Shown: piece after piece, positions 60,964 through 64,000 of the stretch
Layout of the letters: the number at the start of each line of letters is the position of its first letter
How positions within the stretch are numbered: the first letter of the stretch is position 1
Assembly (NCBI GenBank): GCA_028712895.1
Contig: JAQTPL010000002.1
Location: 5,303-69,302, forward strand
Direction: 5' to 3'
Source: a bacterium
GTDB taxonomy: Bacteria; CAYTYR01; UBA6262
DNA length: 64,000 nt
Notes under the pieces: model-generated
Seen by the model: only the letters and a program-made list of their open reading frames with translations
The model's database searches: none
Told to the model about the DNA's origin: nothing
Translations under genes and position numbers: made by a program

Positions 60964-61032
60964 TCCTATTTTGAAGGCAGATGCTCTATCCAGCTGAGCT
61001 ACAGGGACAAATATAATATTTTCAATTATATA

Positions 61033-61395
61033 TTACAGTAATTCTTTAATTTTAGCAAGGAGGGCTTCCGGCTCGAAAGGCTTAGTAATATAAGCATCTG
61101 CCCCCAAGTCCTGGCCAAGCTTCTTATCTTCTTCTACACCTTTGGCGGTCAAAACGATTATAGGAATTGCCTGATAGCGACCGTCAAATTTAAGCATTCT
61201 TAAGATCTGATAACCATTCATGGTGGGCAACATGATGTCCAGGATAATAAGATCGGGAGCTTCTTCCCGCGCCATGTTTAAGCCTTTTTGCCCATCCGTA
61301 GCGAAAATAACCGCATAGCCGTTTGCTTCCAGCCGGATCTTGAGCAAATTGACTATTTGCTGTTCATCTTCGATTATCAATATCTTCTTAGCCAT
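61033..61395 (-). CDS. Single-domain response regulator (CheY-like), paralog of 6186-6551
   Basis: MAKKILIIEDEQQIVNLLKIRLEANGY...LDIMLPTMNGY...TKPFEPEALLAKIKELL. Confidence 0.9.
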   Translation of the reverse strand: MAKKILIIEDEQQIVNLLKIRLEANGYAVIFATDGQKGLNMAREEAPDLIILDIMLPTMNGYQILRMLKFDGRYQAIPIIVLTAKGVEEDKKLGQDLGADAYITKPFEPEALLAKIKELL

Positions 61396-61455
61396 ACTAC
61401 CTCTATTTATAGCAGCTTCGCTGGAATGGATCTTTTACATGAGAGCGATAAAAAA

Positions 61456-61528
61456 TGCCTCGGGACGGAATCGAACCGCCGACGCCAGCCTTTTCAGGGC
61501 TGCGCTCTACCGACTGAGCTACCGAGGC
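61456..61528 (-). tRNA. tRNA-Phe(GAA)
   Basis: Acceptor GCCTCGG/CCGAGGC, anticodon loop CTGAAAA, T-loop TTCGATT. No CCA encoded. Confidence 0.8.
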
Positions 61529-61552
61529 ATGTAAATATACTGCAATATAGGA

Positions 61553-61882
61553 TTAATCTTTCTTGGCTTTCTTTTTCCTTACATCTTTTATTAAGTTTAA
61601 GCCTTTAATAATAGTGGTCACAATTCCTATTATCTTGACCATGGAAAAAGCAGCCGCCTTACCGGTTACTTGTTTTAGGTGATCAGAAGTTTCCTTGATA
61701 TTCTCCACAGCAACATCAATTTTCATAACTTCCGTGTTTATCTGCTGAGCCAGGGAATCAACACTTTGCAATGTGTTTTTCAACTGCTTAAGAACCTGCA
61801 CTAAATATACTAACAGGACCACTACGGCAACTGACAACACCGCAAACAAAACACTCTGGAAAAAGTAAATATTCATTCTCAA
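61553..61882 (-). CDS. Small membrane-anchored coiled-coil protein (DUF948-like)
   Basis: N-terminal TM helix then an amphipathic helical region. Lys-rich tail. Confidence 0.5.
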   Translation of the reverse strand: MRMNIYFFQSVLFAVLSVAVVVLLVYLVQVLKQLKNTLQSVDSLAQQINTEVMKIDVAVENIKETSDHLKQVTGKAAAFSMVKIIGIVTTIIKGLNLIKDVRKKKAKKD

Positions 61883-61914
61883 GCCCTCCTAGCGGTTCGA
61901 CAAGCTCACCATTT

Positions 61915-62124
61915 TCAACAGTGTGAGCAATGGCCGCTGGAACAGGAAGAACATTTACCGCTGCCGTTGCTGGCAGATCCTGTGCCGGCTCCCAGGCTCA
62001 CCCGGGAAATAAGTTTGGATAGTTCCTGAGACTTACATGTAGGGCATTCCGGTATATCGCTACTGTAAACTAATAGCTCAAATTGGTTTTTGCATTTTTT
62101 GCAGATATATTCGAAGATAGGCAC
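61915..62124 (-). CDS. FmdB-family zinc-ribbon protein
   Basis: MPIFEYICKKCKNQFE...CPTCKS matches the FmdB zinc-ribbon signature. Cys/Ser-rich C-terminal tail. Confidence 0.7.
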   Translation of the reverse strand: MPIFEYICKKCKNQFELLVYSSDIPECPTCKSQELSKLISRVSLGAGTGSASNGSGKCSSCSSGHCSHC

Positions 62125-62233
62125 TGTGTCGTTTCACTCCACCGTTCGTAGTTCGTGGTTCATGGTTAGTAGTAAAAGCTCTTTTTAATTTTTACGACGA
62201 ACCACTAATGATTAACCACCATCGGTATTAAAA

Positions 62234-62309
62234 CGGGGACGACGGGATTCGAACCCGCGATCTCTGCCTTGACAGGGCAGCGTGTTAAACCAGGCTACAC
62301 CACATCCCC
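62234..62309 (-). tRNA. tRNA-Asp(GTC)
   Basis: Acceptor GGGGATG/CGTCCCC (one G-U pair), anticodon loop CTGTCAA, T-loop TTCGAAT. Confidence 0.8.
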
Positions 62310-62406
62310 ATAGATACAGCTAAATGTAATTAGCTAGATGCTTAAAGTAACTACACATAAATGATTTTTAACTTTTAGCTTCCAGCATTCAGCTTTCAGC
62401 TAAAAA

Positions 62407-62482
62407 TGGTGGGCAGTATAGGATTTGAACCTATGACCTCCGCCTTGTAAAGGCGGCGCTCTCCCAGCTAAGCTAACTGCCC
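62407..62482 (-). tRNA. tRNA-Val(TAC), CCA encoded
   Basis: Acceptor GGGCAGT/ACTGCCC, anticodon loop TTTACAA, T-loop TTCAAAT. Confidence 0.8.
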
Positions 62483-62607
62483 GTCGCTTGAGCAAATACC
62501 GTTCGTCGTTAATCGTTCGTTGTTCGTCGTAAAAGCTTTTGTATTTACTACCAACTATCAACTCCGAGACCGATTTTATCGGTCGGACGATTAACGGCTT
62601 CTAAAAA

Positions 62608-62679
62608 TGCGGCCCCAAGGGGAATCGAACCCCTATCGCGTCCTTGAAAGGGACGTGTCCTAACCGTTAGACGATGGGG
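62608..62679 (-). tRNA. tRNA-Glu(TTC)
   Basis: Acceptor GGCCCCA/TGGGGCC, anticodon loop CTTTCAA, T-loop TTCGATT. Confidence 0.8.
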
Positions 62680-62790
62680 CCAGTTTTTAAAAAGCAACTT
62701 CAGTTAAAAGTTGGGAGTTTGTAGTTAGTAGTAAAAACTACAAACTATTGGCCCCCTAACCACTAACTCTTTTCTCTGAAAAGAGAAAAG

Positions 62791-62863
62791 TGAGCCGGGT
62801 GAGATTCGGACTCACGACACCTGCCTTAAAAGGGCAGTGCTCTACCAGCTGAGCTACCGGCCC
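62791..62863 (-). tRNA. tRNA-Lys(TTT)
   Basis: Acceptor GGGCCGG/CCGGCTC (one G-U pair), anticodon loop CTTTTAA, T-loop TCCGAAT. Confidence 0.8.
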
Positions 62864-62921
62864 GGTAAAGGAAATAATATCTTATATATATACCCTAATA
62901 TCAGGGTTCTGTCAATCAAAT

Positions 62922-64000
62922 TTAGTCCAGTTTATTTATTACTAAGCCAGTGATCAGCTTGGGATAAAAATATGTTGATTTCTGCGGCATACGCTCGCCG
63001 GCATTGGCTACTTCAATGACCTGTTCTATCTTGGTCGCATTCAGGAATAACGCGATAGAGTATTTGCCTCCATCCACCATTTTAGCGGCGTTTTCCTCAT
63101 CCCTGGTGTAGGCAAAGCCTTTTTCATTAGCAATCATTTCCGCAGTTACACACAGTACCTTTTCAATGATCACTTTTTGCAGGATAGTCACATCCAGGGA
63201 TTTCCAGGCCAGCGGTTTTTTATCTTTTATCAATGTGTCGATATGGGTTTCCGGCTTTAAGATAAATACATAATATACATTGCCGCAATAAGCGCCGAAA
63301 GCCTTTTTGTCCTTGTTTGCTTCCATGACTTTCAACATCGCCGGCATGTTTTCGACTTCTTCCAGCTCGAATATTCGGCTCATTTTTTGCAGGAATTCCC
63401 CCTGCTCAAAGCCCGGCACATGCAGTAAGCGGTGTGTCGGGAAGATCACTAATCCCGGGTCATCAGCAGCCACGAACATGGACATGACATAATCGTAGGT
63501 ATGCGTCCCGGGTTTCCCCTCGTCTGCTTTCTCCCGCTCTTTTTTGTAATTTAAAGCCGCTTCATAACGGTGATGGCCATCAGCGATAAAAACCTCTTTG
63601 TCTTTCATTGCCGTTATCAGCCGGTGCGCCATAGAGCTGGGCAACCGCCATAATTTGTGCTGTACACCTTTTTCATCCCGGACCTTGACCGCCGGCAGTT
63701 CCCGGCTCACTACCTTCATTATCCCGGCCACCTTTTTATCTTCATCCCTGTACAGGTAGAATATCGGGCTAAAATTCGCGGCGCAGGCCTGCATCAGGTG
63801 TAATCGTCCTTCTTTGGGTTTGGTCAAGGTAAACTCATGGGCATGCACTTTTGACTTCTCGCCAAACTCTTCCAGGAAAGAAGCAGCGATAAAACCAGTC
63901 CGGGTCATGATCTTACTCTTTATCTTGAATTCCTGCTGGTAAATATAGATGGTCGCGTCCCCGTCCCGCAGCAACACCCGCTCTCCCTGCCATTGCCGGA
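62922..64000 (-). CDS. DUF1015-family protein (conserved DGHHR motif), partial at the window edge
   Basis: FIADGHHRYEAAL and the overall pattern match the DUF1015 family. The ORF may start beyond the window end. Confidence 0.6.
   Translation of the reverse strand, partial: RQWQGERVLLRDGDATIYIYQQEFKIKSKIMTRTGFIAASFLEEFGEKSKVHAHEFTLTKPKEGRLHLMQACAANFSPIFYLYRDEDKKVAGIMKVVSRELPAVKVRDEKGVQHKLWRLPSSMAHRLITAMKDKEVFIADGHHRYEAALNYKKEREKADEGKPGTHTYDYVMSMFVAADDPGLVIFPTHRLLHVPGFEQGEFLQKMSRIFELEEVENMPAMLKVMEANKDKKAFGAYCGNVYYVFILKPETHIDTLIKDKKPLAWKSLDVTILQKVIIEKVLCVTAEMIANEKGFAYTRDEENAAKMVDGGKYSIALFLNATKIEQVIEVANAGERMPQKSTYFYPKLITGLVINKLD

Larger units (their letters stand above)
60289..60998 (-). tRNA. 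tRNA-Arg(TCT) gene split by a group I intron: exon 1 at 60964-60998, exon 2 at 60289-60327
   Basis: Exon 1 is GTCCCTGTAGCTCAGCTGGATAGAGCATCTGCCTT. Exon 2 is CTAAGCAGAGGGTCGCGTGTTCGAATCACGCCAGGGACG. Joined, they give a perfect cloverleaf: acceptor GTCCCTG/CAGGGAC, anticodon stem TCTGC/GCAGA, loop CTT|CTAA, T-loop TTCGAAT. No CCA is encoded. Confidence 0.75.

Noticed and set aside
1-64000. CRISPR array or rRNA genes
   Set aside because: No series of regularly spaced direct repeats with unique spacers was seen. The only periodic DNA is the HEAT-repeat gene and short coding repeats. No 16S/23S/5S-like sequence is present.

Overview
This 64 kb window comes from a low-GC diderm (Gram-negative) bacterium, and almost every gene lies on the minus strand. 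All domain and family assignments are made by eye from the translations; no search was run.

Right to left on the minus strand it holds:
- a rearranged Tol-Pal block (pal, cpoB, tolA-like, tolB) and uvrA;
- a two-component module in which the histidine kinase carries a C-terminal degenerate GGDEF-like domain (IEGEE in place of GGDEF), followed by a single-receiver regulator and a tandem-receiver regulator;
- nadB, panC, panB, folK and a lysine/arginine biosynthesis block (DapL-type aminotransferase, dapB, dapA, dapF, lysA, argH, argG), with a HEAT-repeat protein, a fumarylacetoacetate-hydrolase-family enzyme, a TPR protein, a patatin-like lipase and a TolC-like porin interspersed;
- a tRNA trio (Leu-TAG, Lys-CTT, Arg-CCG), each preceded by a copy of a roughly 90 bp repeat;
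- an HD-GYP phosphodiesterase followed by two uncharacterised periplasmic binding proteins (ABC-type, COG2984-like) interleaved with three tandem, highly similar TonB-dependent receptor paralogs;
- hcp with a ferredoxin and an Rrf2 regulator;
- a MEDS-PAS histidine kinase next to a stand-alone MEDS protein.

From about 45.85 to 60.05 kb there is an AT-rich integrated element that ends at tRNA-His. It carries a protein with a nucleoside-2-deoxyribosyltransferase/TIR-like (SLOG-type) C-terminal domain, a type III restriction-modification system whose res gene is broken by a single in-frame TAA, three unknown cargo genes, a primase-polymerase/helicase, an XRE and ImmA/IrrE switch, and a large serine recombinase.

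The right end is a tRNA array (His, Arg, Phe, Asp, Val, Glu, Lys) interspersed with small proteins. The tRNA-Arg(UCU) gene is split in its anticodon loop by a 636 nt group I intron that encodes a 152 aa ORF. Recognisable R, P8 and S core elements, a terminal G and an exon-1 3' U support the intron call. The window ends with a partial DUF1015 gene.

No CRISPR array and no rRNA were seen. A 470 bp GC-rich, hairpin-dense non-coding stretch at 11.68 to 12.15 kb remains unexplained.
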